Shown here: in pieces, positions 37,174-50,319 of the stretch
Layout: each line of letters starts with the position of its first letter
Numbering within the stretch: the stretch's first letter is position 1
NCBI RefSeq assembly: GCF_032444005.1
Contig: NC_091282.1
Location: 516,398,001 to 516,462,000, forward strand
Source: Ranitomeya imitator
Lineage: Eukaryota
Direction: 5' to 3'
Length of the DNA stretch: 64,000 nucleotides
The notes under the pieces: generated by a model
Database searches by the model: none
Told to the model about the DNA's origin: nothing
What the model saw: the letters and a program-made list of their open reading frames with translations, nothing else
Made by a program: the position numbers and the translations under genes

Positions 37174-38045
37174 AGTGAACCGTCAGGAGGATTATGCACA
37201 GTAACCTATGGACAGTGTCAGGTCGGCGCCGTTATACTGATTGAAATGATACCTTGGTTGATGAAATCCGTCTTGTGGTTGTTCCTTAATCTTTATTTTC
37301 CTTTTCATGTTAATGATATGCTCATGCTGCAGAGCGGGCCTGGAGTACAGAGTCTTAACATGGTGCTCTGCTTAGGTATTCATAATGCAGACTGCTGACA
37401 GGTCATTGATCCCTCACTGACCTTCCCCCTAGCTAATGAATACCCTTACATACTGAAGAGAAAAAAAACACTTCTCCAGGAAGGTGCCAGCCAGCATAAT
37501 TGCATGTTTAGTGTCCAGTTAATAACTATTCTTGATGTTATGGAGCAAGTAAAAAAACAAAATTGAAAATGGCACCCGCCGCACCTGTACAGTAGCATCT
37601 ATCGGTGTGTATAGAGATCTGATAGCTGCTATTGCACAGGTGATGGTGATGTCATCTTTCTGGAGAAGAAAAAAAATGTCCTCCTCCAAGATGGCGCTGC
37701 CCGCACCTGCGCAGTAGCAGCTCTCAGAGCTCACGGCTGGCACCTGCCTGCAGAAGTTTTGTTTTCTTCAGCATGTACAAGTATTCATTATGCAAACTAG
37801 GGGGCAGGTCAGTGAGGGATCAATGTCAGCAGGCTGCATTATTAATATCTAAGCAGAGCACCACATGAAGACCCCACAGGCCCACCTCGAAGCATGAGAA
37901 TCTCATTACCTGAAAACTACAAATAAAGATTACACAACAACCACAAGACGGATTTCATCAACCAAGGTATCATTTTAATCAGTATAACGGCGCCGACCTG
38001 ACACTGTCTATTGGTTATTGTGCACAATCTGTTGACAGGCTCCCT
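37174..38045. mobile_element. Kolobok/T2-type MITE (872 bp)
   Basis: TTAA on both sides; AG...CT termini; long imperfect TIRs including a nearly identical ~70-bp block GACAGTGTCAGGTCGGCGCCGTTATACTGATT.AAATGATACCTTGGTTGATGAAATCCGTCTTGTGGTTGTT. Confidence 0.88.
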
Positions 38046-38135
38046 TTAAGGACTTGCCTAGCAGTGGTGGTTTGCATAAAGTATGTCTGTGAATGCGCTT
38101 TTGCTGGTTTGATGAGAGTCGCTGCAGAGTAGTTA

Positions 38136-38428
38136 CAGTTAGGTCCATATATATTTGGACAGAGACAACATTTTTCTAATTTTGGTTGTAGACATTACCA
38201 CAATGAATTTTAAGCAAAACAATTACTTTTGGTCCCTTTAAAAACAGGGTGGCACATGTTAAGGAGCTTAAACTCCTAAACCCTTCATCCAATTTTAATG
38301 TGGATACCCTCAAATGAAAGCTGAAAGAAAACTGCATCTGAATTGTTTTGCTTAAAACTCATTGTGGTAATGTCTATAACCAAAATTAGAAAAATGTTGT
38401 CTCTGTCCAAATATATATGGACCAGCTG
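38136..38428. mobile_element. Tc1/mariner-type MITE (293 bp)
   Basis: TA|CAGTTAGGTCCATATATATTTGGACAGAGAC...GTCTCTGTCCAAATATATATGGACCAGCTG|TA; TIRs about 88 bp. Confidence 0.9.
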
Positions 38429-39452
38429 TATCCTTGGGTATAGCACAACCATCACATTAGGGTGAGTTAATTAAATGTTTCATCAAATATAGCATAAATT
38501 TTCATGTTGCCATTTTTTTTACGGCCCCCGAAGAATCATGTACAAACAGTATCTATTGGCCCCGGGTGGAAAAAAGGTTCCCCACACATGTTATAAAACT
38601 TCACAGTATACCTCACATCATCCGGGCACTATATAGACTCTACTTATCTCTACTGTTAATTCTGCTTTTTTTAATAATTTTTGTATATTTTGTTGAGGGC
38701 TTTACATGGAGACAAGGATTTTAAAAGGACCATGGTTTACATCCATAAAATTTGGCTTCGTCCATGGTTTTTGGCTAAAATTGTTGAGAAAAAAATGTAA
38801 GAGTAGGTTTGCACTCCTGCAAAGGGGAGATTGATCAAGATTCATAATTGAAATACCAGTCTTACTGAAAGTCCACTGGGTTATAATGTGCCAAATGTAT
38901 TGATAGCTGCACGCCTCTTAATGATTTTGATACATTAGGCTGTTAGTAATCAGAATAAAAAAATGACTACAGCTAGGAACGCCTCCAGCGACAACACATG
39001 TTGTGCAAAAATTAGCCACTTTCATCATCCCCCATCATCATTACTATCCCACTGGGGCTCACAATCTAAATTCCTTACTAGTATGTTTTTAGAGTAATAC
39101 TGCAATTTAGTAATACTGGTGTTTACCAGAAAATCACAAGCTGATCACGCGGAAGCGAACACTGACAGTAACGGAGTCACCAGACACAAGTCCATTCATC
39201 TGGCCCCAATAGTGTTTACCCACGATCATTTACATCCATTAGGCACACATGAATATAGATGACAAAACATTATATACACATTAACACATTACACACACAT
39301 ACAGTATAAATAGTATAAACATGCAAACAAGCATATATACAATTACAAGCATACATATATCACATACATATACACAATTACATTTTTTGGTAAATGTGTT
39401 AATTCATTTAAAGCTGTAACAGCCAAAACAGTTTAGGTATGTTTCATTATAT

Positions 39453-40148
39453 GACGCCACCTGTGGTATTCGGTCAGGGGTGACCAACGCTGCTTAAAGG
39501 GGTCCACTGGGGTGATGTTATGGCAGCTGTGATGGTATGACTTTCCACAGGTGAAGCTGGGTCCCCAGGGCTCCCGATGTAATAGATGGAGATGGTGATA
39601 GGTGGTGTAGTAAGAAACGGAGGACACAGGGTTGGAGTCTCTTTACTTGGCTCTATTTGCTACTGTGTCTTCACGTGTTAAAGGAGGACAGGTAACTTTA
39701 AATCTAGCTGTCCGCCGGTTTCTGCCGTGGGGCATAAAGTTACCCCCACAACCTCAGTCTTCTAGCTACCGGTATATGCGCTCAGCGTATAGGAATTTCT
39801 GTTGCAGCTTCTGTCTCCAGCTCTTCACTCCCTTTTGCTCCTTCCTCCTTTCAGTCTCTTTACAAGTTGCTCTGCTCTCTTTTTCCTTCCCAGGAGCTGC
39901 GGAATCACTCGTCACTCACCAACTGATTAACTCTCCCCAACTACCCAGCAACTGACTCCTCCTCCCGACCTGAGAGAGAAGCTCCCCTGAAGTCGGGTGT
40001 AGAGCTCCCCCTTCTTGCCTGGAGTCAGAACGTTGTTGTCGTTGCTGAATACCTGTTAAAGGGATCCTTCCTCGCTTCCAAGCATGACATCACTCTCCCT
40101 GTGAGGAAAGCAATGCCACTGTAACAACCGGTTACCTGGGGTGTTACA
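39453..40148 (-). mobile_element. Truncated LTR related to the two solo LTRs
   Basis: Shares TGACGCCACCTGTGGTATTCGGTCAGGG...CAGGTGAAG...CCCCAGGGCT and GAGGACACAGGGTTG blocks; ends GGGGTGTTACA. Confidence 0.7.
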
Positions 40149-40149
40149 C

Positions 40150-40770
40150 AACTGGAGAAAAAGGAGGATATAATATGTTGTGCAATTTTTCCTGAGTATG
40201 CTGGTACACCATGAGTGTTTGAAAACTACTGTTTGGGCGCACAGCTAGGAAAGGAAAAGACGCCAGTTTGGCTGGAATAGGTTGCGAACTCCATGTCACA
40301 TTTGAAGAGCCCCTAGCATTCCAAAACAGCAGAAACTGCAACAAGTGGCCCAATTTTGGAAACCACACCTCTCGGGGAATTCATCTAGGTTAGTAGTGAG
40401 TGTTTTTAACCCTCACACAATTCACAGATTTGTTTAAAATTGGACTGAATAAATGAAATACTGCCATTTCTTCAATGTTGCTTTGGGACAAAGTTTGTAA
40501 TTCTCAAACAGGATAATAGGAGAAATTGAACAGTAAAATGTCTTACACAATTTATCCTGAGCATGCCAATACCCCATAAGTGGTCGAATCTAGAAGTGTG
40601 ATGATCATATTGGTACCACAGGTGGGTTACAGAATTTTATACCATTGGGCAGTGAAGAAAAAAGAATTAAAGTTTTACTATGAAGTTTTTAGCCACAGAT
40701 TTTATATTTTCGCAAGGGAAAATGGGTAAAAATGGCACCAAGTTTGTCACACAATTTCTGTTGAACCAAT
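40150..40770 (+). mobile_element. Degenerate fragment of the ~390-bp unit family of the piggyBac-like elements
   Basis: Recognisable CAATTT.TCCTGAG, CTGTTTGGGCGCA, GAGCCCCT and ATTTTGGAAAC motifs. Confidence 0.55.
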
Positions 40771-41611
40771 TCGATGTGGCAGGTCAGAGCTATTGCTCTG
40801 CACTGCAATCCCAGCGCTTGAAGGACTCTGGGTGTCCTGAACACTGCAAGACTGTCGACCATAGAGAAAAGATCGGCAAGTGCCGACGTTTATCTATAGT
40901 GAACAGTCGTGAAATGTTTAATAGAGAAAACAACCATGGCATTTAATTTACGTGATTAACCAATCACCATCTGTTCGCCGTATTGTACAAGTCATTACAA
41001 TTATGTAAATATCAAATATGTCCATGTTATTTGTTCAATCGTGATGTTTATTTTCAATCAGAGAATTGCTCCAAACCTCGGCCAATCATAGTGAACCGTG
41101 ATTGGCTGCTGAGATGGACGATCCTTTTAAACGTCTGGGTCTGTGTCATGTCACAATGCTTCATCATGATTTGAGGCTTTTATATACAACCCTATTAGTT
41201 CTATTTCATTCAATACGTCATTCTCTGCCATGGGATTTGGTTCACTGGTAACTGACACTTGTATTCGTCTAGTATGAAAAAAAAGTATAGAGAGATTTAC
41301 GGTATGTAGCATCCAAAGCTTCCTATTTGGAGTGCGTCTATCCCAGTAATGAGTATCCTGCCCACTATAGTGCTCTATATCTATATTAGAGAGGTTGTAT
41401 TTGACCTGTGGGTTCCACTACAGATCAAGGTCACCCATTCATAGTCTCATCACTTTTTTACTTCCACTTTGCGGATGTATGTTCTTATCCACATAGGCTG
41501 AGCTGCATGAAACATGTTTTACTAAAGTCTTCCGAGGGAGTAAATTAAAATTCTTTCTGAGCGCGATGCCTTGGTTTTATTCTGATCTGAAGCAAATGTC
41601 AGTCTAGTTAA

Positions 41612-42070
41612 AGGAAATCTGTTGCCAGGTGTTTGCTACCCCATCTAAAAGCAGCACGATGTAGGGGCAGAGACCCTGATTCCAGCGATGTATCACTCAC
41701 CGGGCTTCTTGCTGCAGTTTTAATAAAATCACTGTTTTATCTGCTACAGATCTAGCAGTTCTCTGAACATTGAGCTCTGTATAACCTCATCCACTCCAAT
41801 GATTGGCACTGTGCATAGGCAGAAAGATGACAGTGGTGTACAGTATATGAAGAAAGCTGACAATCAGGGGCTATACAAAGCTCATGAATATGGAGGACTA
41901 CATGGCAGCAGGTTTACTAGTCTTCTAGTGATCATCTGCTGATTAAACAGTGATTTTCTCAAAATTACAGCAAGAAGCCTTATAAGTGACACATTACTGG
42001 AATCAGGTTATCTGCCCCTAACTCATGCTGTTCTCTGATTTAGAAGCAAAAATCTGGTAACAGATTGCCT
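41612..42070. mobile_element. Kolobok/T2-type MITE (459 bp)
   Basis: TTAA|AGGAAATCTGTTGCCAG...CTGGTAACAGATTGCCT|TATA; imperfect long TIRs. Confidence 0.75.
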
Positions 42071-42622
42071 TATAAATATTGTAAACGCTATTTTTCTTTG
42101 CTAAGAAGCCAATACGCAGTTCAAATATTTTGAGATATTATTCATGAGTCTAGGGCAAGGACAAGTAGCAAGCAAACGTAGGCACCCGCCTAGGGCGAAA
42201 TCTAACTTTATGTGTGAGCTGGTGTAGTTTAGTGAAGAAACTGATTCTTCAGTGAACAAAAAGGAAGATTAGCTGCAGCAGCAAAATGCCTTGAACACTA
42301 CAAACCAAAGGACCCTGTGACTTCTGTGAGATGCCAAAAGGCCATATATCAATGTGCCCTGGGCAGCTCCTTGCCTATACCCGCTCTTCTCCCCCAACAG
42401 CGGCTGACGTCAGTGTCTGATCCTACATCTTCCTGCAGACTGAGGCAATGCAAGCGTTTCTTCATAGTTTCAGAATTTTAAGATTCAAAAGATACAAAGT
42501 AATTTCATTGTGATGTATTATTTATCTATGTGTGGAGAAGAGACGTGTGTGCATGTGTTGTGTGCAGTACATGTATGCGTGGTATGAACATGGGTTTGGA
42601 GTGTAAGGATGTCCATAGATCT

Positions 42623-43554
42623 TCCTTACCTGACCTATCTATCGCAATTAACGACATTACGCTTTCCCCCGTACCGGAAGTCCGCTGCCTCGGAGTAACC
42701 CTTGACTCTGCCCTGTCCTTCAAATCGCACATCCAAGCTCTTTCCACCTCCTGTCGCCTCCAGCTCAAAAATATCTCCAGAATCCGTCCTTTCCTCAACC
42801 GTCAATCTACTAAAATGCTTGTGCACGCCTTCATCATCTCCCGCCTTGACTACTGCAACATCCTTTTCTGCGGCCTCCCTGCTAACACCCTTGCACCTCT
42901 CCAGTCCATCCTTGACTCTTCTGCCCGACTAATTCATCTCTCGCCTCGCTACTCCTCCGCTTCCCCCCTCTGCAAATCTCTTCACTGGCTCCCATTCCCT
43001 CAGGGTATCCAGTTCAAATTACTAATACTGACCTACAAAGCCATCCACAACCTGTCTACTCCATATATCTCTGAACTAATCTCCCGATATCTTCCCTCAC
43101 GTGATCTCCGGTCCTCCCAAGACCTCCTTCTCTCCTCCACACTTATCTGCTCCTCACCCAACCGCCTTCAAGACTTCTCCTGAATATCCCCCATCCTCTG
43201 GAATTCTTTGCCCCAACACGTCTGACTATCAACCACAGTCGGATCCTTCAGACAGAACCTGAAAACCCATCTCTTCAGGAAAGCCTACAGCCTTCACTGA
43301 CCCTGCTGCCTCCTCACCACTACCGAAGCTACCGCCTCACCAACACTGGAGCTCCTACAACCCTCAACCTATTGTCTCCATCCCCACCCTCCGGTAGAAT
43401 GTAAGCCCGCAAGGGCAGGGTCCTCGCCCCTCTGTATTAGTCCGTCATTGTTAGTTTGTTTACTGTAAGTGATATCTGTAATTTTTATGTAATCCCTTCT
43501 CATGTACAGCACCATGGAATCAATGGTGCTATATAAATAAATAATAATAATAAT
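42623..43554 (+). mobile_element. L2 LINE 3' fragment
   Basis: ORF2 C-terminus RCLGVTLDSALSF...LVHAFIISRLDYCN...LHWLP...IQFKLL.LTYKA; 3' UTR TAGAATGTAAGCCC...TGTACAGCACC...GGTGCTATATAAATAAA and a (TAA)n tail. Confidence 0.92.
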
Positions 43555-44569
43555 GGCAGCTGTGGGTGAGCTGCTGCTCCCTAATGCCCTGGCAATTTAA
43601 TAACAAATCATGTCCCAGTCATATGTGTTGTGCTGTGTATGGTACAGTACACTCACTTGCAGGCCGGAGGCCTTCGCTGTCTCCACGTCCTCAGTTCCAA
43701 GTCCCTCACACATAAGGGGACATCCGGTTTGTTTTAACAGGTTAAGCTTTACTGGACTGTTAAGTACATCAGTCCTTAGCACGCAGTATCAGGTACAGCA
43801 CCGTTTGCCACTATACCATCAACACAGCACATTTCCTTCATTCTCTTATGTTGAACTTGGACTATCCCTACTTTAACAGTTCCTATCAGCCCTAAAGATT
43901 TCCCGTCCAGACCCACAGTATTAACCCCTTTACCCCCAAGGGTGGTTTGCACTTTATGGACCGGGCCAATTTTTACAATTCTGACCACTGTCACTTTATG
44001 AGGTTATAACTCTAGAACGCTTCAACGGATCCCGGTGATTCTGACATAGTTTTCTCGAGACATATCGTACTTCATGACATTGGTAAAATTTATTTGATAT
44101 TACCTGCGTTTATTTGTGAAAAAAATGGAAATTTGGTGAAAATTTTGAAAATTTCACAATTTTCCAAATTTGAATTTTTATGCAATTAAATCACAGAGAT
44201 ATGTCACACAAAATACTTAATAAGTAACATTTCCCACATGTCTACTTTACATCAGCACAATTTTGGAACCAAATTTTTTTTTGTTAGGGAGTTATAAGGG
44301 TTAAAAGTTGACCAGCAATTTCTCATTTTTACAACACCATTTTTTTTTTAGGGACCACATCTCATTTGAAGTCATTTTGAGGGGTCTATATGATAGAAAA
44401 TACCCAAGTGTGAAACCATTCTAAAAACTGCACCCCTCAAGGTGCTCAAAACCACATTCAAGAAGTTTATTAACCCTTCAAGTGTTTCACAGGAATTTTT
44501 GGAATGTTTACATAAAAATGAACATTTAACTTTTTTTCACAAAAAATTTATTTCAGCTCCAATTTGTTT

Positions 44570-47110
44570 TATTTTACCAAGGGTAACAGGAGAAAATTGA
44601 CCCCAAACGTTGTTGTACAATTTGTCCTGAGTATGCCATTACCCGACATGTGGGGGTAAACCACTGTTTGGGCGCATGACAGATCTCAGAAGCAAAGGAG
44701 CGCCATTTGACTTTTCAATGCAAAATTGACTGGAATTGAGATGGGACGCCATGTTGCGTTTGGAGAGCCACTGATGTGCCTAAACATTGAAACCCCCCAC
44801 AAGTGACACTATTTTGGAAAGTAGACCCCCTAAGGAACTTATCTAGAGGTGTGGTGAGCACTTTGACACATTAAGTGCTTCACAGAAGTTTATAATGCAG
44901 AACCGTAAAAATAAAAAATCGTTGTTTTCACAAAAATTATATTTTCGCCCCCAATTTTTTATTTTCCCAAGGGTAAAAGAAGAAATTGGACCACAAAATT
45001 TCTTGTACAATTTGTCATGAGTAAGCTGATTTCCCATATGTGGGGGTAAACCACTGTTTGGGCACATGGGAGAGCTTGGAAGGGAAGGAGCGCCGTTTGA
45101 CTTTTCAATGCAAAATTGACAGGAATTGAGATGGGACACCATGTTGCGTTTGGAGAGCCACTGATGTACCTAAACATTGAAACCCCCCACAAGTGACACT
45201 ATTTTGGAAAGTAGACCCCCTAAGGAACTTATCTAGAGGTGTGGTGAGCACTTTGACCCATTAAGTGCTTCACAGAAGTTTATAATGCAGAACCGTAAAA
45301 ATAAAAAATCGTTGTTTTCACAAAAATTATCTTTTCGCCCCCAATTTTTTATTTTCCCAAGGGTAAGAGAAGAAATTGGACCCCAAAAGTTGTTGTACAA
45401 TTTGTCCTGAGTACGCTGATACCCCATATGTGGTAGTAAACCACTGTTTGGGCGCATGGGAGAGCTCGGGAGGGAAGGAGCGCCGTTTGACTTTTCAATG
45501 CACAATTGACAGGAATTGAGATGGGACACCATGTTGCATTTGGAGAGCCACTGATGTGCCTAAACATTGAAACCCCCCACAAGTGACACTATTTTGGAAA
45601 GTAGACCCCCTAAGGAACTTATCTAGAGGTGTAGTGAGTACTTTGACCCACCAAGTGCTTCACAGAAGTTTATAATGCAGAACCGTAAAAATAAAAAATC
45701 ATTTTTTTTCACAAAAATTATCTTTTCGCCCCCAATTTTTTATTTTCCCAAGGGTAAGAGAAGAAATTGGACTGCAAAAGTTGTTGTACAGTTTGTCATG
45801 AGTAAGCTGATACCCCATATGTGGGGGTAAACCACTGTTTGGGCGCATGGGAGAGCTTGGAAGGGAAGGAGCGACGTTTGACTTTTCAATGCAAAATTGA
45901 CAGGAATTGGAGAGCCACTGATGTGCCTAAACATTGAAACCCCCCACAAGTGACACCATTTTGGAAAGTAGACCCCCTAAGGAACTTATCTAGATGTGTG
46001 GTGAGCACTTTGTCCCACCAAGGGCTTCACAGAAGTTTATTATGCAGAGCCGTAAAAATAAAACAAAAATTTTTTCCCACAAAAATTATTTTTTAGCCCC
46101 CAGTTTTGTATTTTCCCGAGGGTAACAGGAGAAATTGGACCACAAAAGTTGTTGTCCAATTTTTCCTGAGTGTGCTGATACCCCTTATGTGGGGGGAACC
46201 ACAGTTTGGGCACATGGGAGGGATCGGAAGGGAAGGAGCGCCATTTGGAATGCAGACTTAGATGGAATGGTCTGCAGACGTCACATTGCGTTTGCAGAGC
46301 CCCTAATGTACCTAAGCAGTAGAAACCCCCCACAAGTGACACCATTTTGGAAAGTAGACCCCCTAAGGAACTCATCTAGATATTATGTGAGAGCTTTGAA
46401 CCCCCAAGTGTTTCACTACAGCTTATAACGCAGAGCCGCGCAAATAAAAAATATTTTTTTTTCCACAAAAATTATTTTTTAGCCCCCAGTTTTGTATTTT
46501 TCCAAGGGTAACAGGAGAAATTGGACCCTAAATATTGTTGTCCAATTTGTCCTGAGTACGTTGATACCCGATATGTGGGGGGTAACCCCCGTTTGAGCGC
46601 ATAGCAAAGCTCGGAAGGGAAGGAGCATCATTTGGAATGCAGACTTAGATGGAATGGTCTGCAGACGTCACATTGCGTTTGCAGAGCCCCTAATGTACCT
46701 AAACAGTAGAAACCCCTCACAAGTGACTCCATATTGGAAACTAGACCCCCCAAGGAACTTATTTAGATGTTTTGTGAGAACTTTGAACCCCCAAGTGTTT
46801 CACTACAGTTTATATCGCAGAGCCGTGAAAATAAAAAATCCTTTTTTTCCCACAAAAATTATTATTTAGCCCCCAGTTTTGTATTTTCCCAAGGGTAACA
46901 GGAGAAATTGGACCCCAAAAGTTGTTGTCCAATTTGTCCTGAGAACGCTAATACCCCATATGTTGGGGTAAACCCCTGTTTGGGCACACGGGAGAGTTCG
47001 GAAGGGAAGGAGCACTGTTTTACTTTTTCAACGCAGAATTGGCTGGAATTGAGATCGGACGCCATGTCGCGTTTGGAGAGCCCCTGATGTGCCTAAACAG
47101 TGGAAACCTC
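44570..47110 (+). repeat. ~390-bp tandem array (about 7 units) inside piggyBac-like copy 2
   Basis: ATTTTGGAAA anchor at 44811, 45201, 45591, 45958, 46344 and about 46731. Confidence 0.93.
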
Positions 47111-47125
47111 CCAATTATAACTGAA

Positions 47126-47496
47126 ACCCTAATCCAAACACACCCCTAACCCTAATCCCAACAGTAACTCTAACCACACCTCTAACCCAGACACACCCCT
47201 AAACCTAATCCCAACCCTATTCCCAACCATAAATGTAATCCAAACCCTAACCCTAACTTTAGCCCCAACCTTAACTGTAGCCTTAACCCTAGCCCCAACC
47301 CTAGCCCTAACCANNNNNNNNNNNNNNNNNNNNNNNNNNNNNNNNNNNNNNNNNNNNNNNNNNNNNNNNNNNNNNNNNNNNNNNNNNNNNNNNNNNNNNN
47401 NNNNNNNNNNNNNNNNNNNNNNNNNNNNNNNNNNNNNNNNNNNNNNNNNNNNNNNNNNNNNNNNNNNNNNNNNNNTAACCCTAGCCCTAACCCTAA
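47126..47496 (+). repeat. Degenerate (CCCTAA)n array inside piggyBac-like copy 2, spanning a gap
   Basis: CCCTAA variants on both sides of the N run. Confidence 0.85.
47314..47475. other. Assembly gap (N run)
   Basis: 162 N. Confidence 1.
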
Positions 47497-49599
47497 TGGG
47501 AGAATGGAAATAAATACATTTTTTACATTTTTCCCTAATTAAGGGGGTGATGAAGGGGGGTTTGATTTACTTTTATAGCTGGTTTTAAGAGGATTTTTAT
47601 GATTGGCAGCCGTCACACACTAAAAGACGCTTTTTATTGCAAAAAAATATTTTTTGCGTTACCACATTTTGGGAGCTATAATTTTTCCATATTTTGGTCC
47701 ACAGAGTCATGTGAGGTCTTGTTTTTTGTGGGACGAGTTGAAGTTTTTATTGGTAACATTTTCGGGCATGTGACATTTTTTGATCGCTTTTTATTCCGAT
47801 TTTTGTGAGGCAGAATGACCAAAAACCAGCTATTCATGAATTTCTTTTGGGGGAAGGCGTTTATACCGTTCCACGTTTGGTAAAATGGATAAAGCAGTTT
47901 TATTCTTCAGGTCAGTACGATTACAGCGACACCTCATTTATATCATTTTTTTATGTTTTGGCGCTTTTATACGATAAAAACTATTTTATAGAAAAAATAA
48001 TTATTTTTGCATCACTTTATTCTGAGGACTATAACTTTTTTATTTTTTTGCTGATGATGCTGTTTGGTGGCTCATTTTTGCGGGACAGGATGACGCTTTC
48101 AGCGGTACCATGGTTATTTATATCTGTCTTTTTGATCGCGCGTTATTCCACTTTTTGTTCAGTGGTATGATAATAAAGCGTTGTTTTTTGCCTCGTTTTT
48201 TTTTTTTTTTTCTTACGGTGTTTACTGAAGGGGTTAACTAGCGATATAGTTTTATAGATGGGGTCGTTACGGACGCGGCGATACTAAATATGTGTACTTT
48301 TATTGTTTGTTTTTTTTTATTTAGATAAAGAAATGAATTTATGGGAATAATGTATATATTTTTTTTTCATTATTTAGGAATTTTTTTAATTATTTTTTTA
48401 CACGTGTGGAAATTTTTTTAAAAATTTTTTTACTTTGTCCCAGGGGGGGACATCACAGATTGGTGATCTGACAGTGTGCAAAGCACTCTGTCAGATCACC
48501 GATCTGACTTGCAGCACTGCAGGCTTCACAGTGCCTGCTCTGAGCAGGCTCTGTGAAGCCAGCTCCCTCCCTGCAGGACTCGGATGCCGCGGCCATCTTG
48601 GATCCTGGCCTGGAGCAGGGAGGGAGGTGAGCAGACCCTCGCAGCAACGCGATCACATCGCGTTGCTGCGGGGTCTCAAGGAAGCCCACAGGGAGCCCCC
48701 TCCCTGCGCGATGCTTCCCTGTACCGCCGGCACACCGTGATCATGTTTGATCGCGGTGTGCCGGGGGTTAATGTGCCGGGGGCGGTCCGTGACCGCTCCT
48801 GGCACATAGTGCCGGATGTCAGCTGCGATAGGCAGCTGACACCCGGCCGTGATCGGCCACGCTCCCCCAGTGAGCGCGGCCGATCGCGCTGGACGTACTA
48901 TTCCATCCTTGGGAAGTAGGGCCCACCCCACATGGACGGAATAGTACGTCCATTGGCAGAAAGGGGTTAATGAGATCCATTACCTTTCCCACCTGCAGTC
49001 CATCTTCCTCTTTACAGAAGGGTTGTCTGTGCTCTCCATAGCCTCTGAATCGAGCCTTGAGCTCCGGACATTGCTGGAATGTCTGCAGGGTTTTCTGTAT
49101 GACCCCATACAGTCAGAACATTTCGTCCACACACTGCTTTCAGCCTACTGCGCCTTGAACGTGACCATGTCACTACCACCAACAAACACTTTCACTAATT
49201 CATTCCTGGGCATAACTCCTCCCACTAAGGGCTGGAGCTATTATTAACTGTCTCTTTACTCTGTCTACCCCTGCAATATGTTGCTGGGCAGACTTAATCT
49301 TTCACCTACTTAACTACAGTCACTATCTATCTGTATCATAAGCATTAAACTATATCCTATACTTTCCCTACACCTGAGCAAAGTGCATGTTACTCACAGT
49401 ATTTACACAGTAGCATCAGTTCCTGACAACACTACATATTAGTTACTTTACATTACTGAAAACCACATGAAACAGTTCATATTTCACATGGCACAATAAA
49501 ACTCAATAAAACCACACAACACTATTCTTCTAATACAACGCTATATCATGTAATGCATCGGTGAGTTTCCGCCACTGCTTCGGTGTCTACAATTGGCTA

Positions 49600-49896
49600 C
49601 ATCGGTCATATTAGAAATGAAATATAGATTTTCTGATTCTCTATGTCTCTTTCCTCATGTGCAGGCATTTCAGGACCTTAGGTATCCATGGTTACGACCA
49701 TTAGCATCTAGCTATCTAGCTGTCCCTATATGAGTGGTTGTAACCTTGGATACCTAAGCTCCTGCCCTGCACATGGGGTAAGTGACATAACAAATCAGAA
49801 GAACTATGCTCCATTTCCAATGGGAGGTATTTGCTAATATTATTATTATTATTATTATACCTACTACATATTGGGATAGGATCTTGGAATACCCCT
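49600..49896. mobile_element. Kolobok/T2-type MITE, left end truncated
   Basis: Right end GGAATACCCCT|TTAA; internal inverted symmetry around TAGGTATCCATGGTTAC / GTAACCTTGGATACCTA; related to 9513-9680. Confidence 0.7.
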
Positions 49897-50319
49897 TTAA
49901 ATAGTAGCTTTCACCAATTTTTGCTGCTTTCCTGAACATAGTAGCAAAAATGTGCATCACTTTTTTATATTTTTTTTATGTTTTATTTTTTTCATTCTGT
50001 TGCAGAGAAACAGGCCACTGAAATAAATAGTGTTAATGTTTTTAATCATTCAGATGGACATTTCATTTCATTGAGCTCTTTGGCCATTTACTTTCATCTT
50101 GCTCTGATGACACTGTCCAATCATAAAAAAACAAAACCTAGAATAAAAACAATAAGAAAATACTCTGCAATAAGAAAATAAACAAGTAAATTGTGATAGC
50201 ACATGTTAATGATATAGGGTAGTTAGCTAACATTATTTTGATAAAAAAAGACTAAAAAAACATCTCACTGCGACAAATTGTACCATAATCTTTTATGGCT
50301 ACAGTGTGAAAGAGCAGGC

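Larger units (their letters stand above)
43925..48966 (+). mobile_element. Non-autonomous piggyBac-like DNA transposon, copy 2
   Basis: TTAA at 43921-43924 and 48967-48970; termini CCCCTTT...AAAGGGG; colinear with copy 1; includes an N gap. Confidence 0.87.

Noticed and set aside
40775-40860. Faint resemblance to reverse-complement U1 snRNA
   Set aside because: Only scattered short matches; the 5' ACTTACCTG and Sm site are absent.
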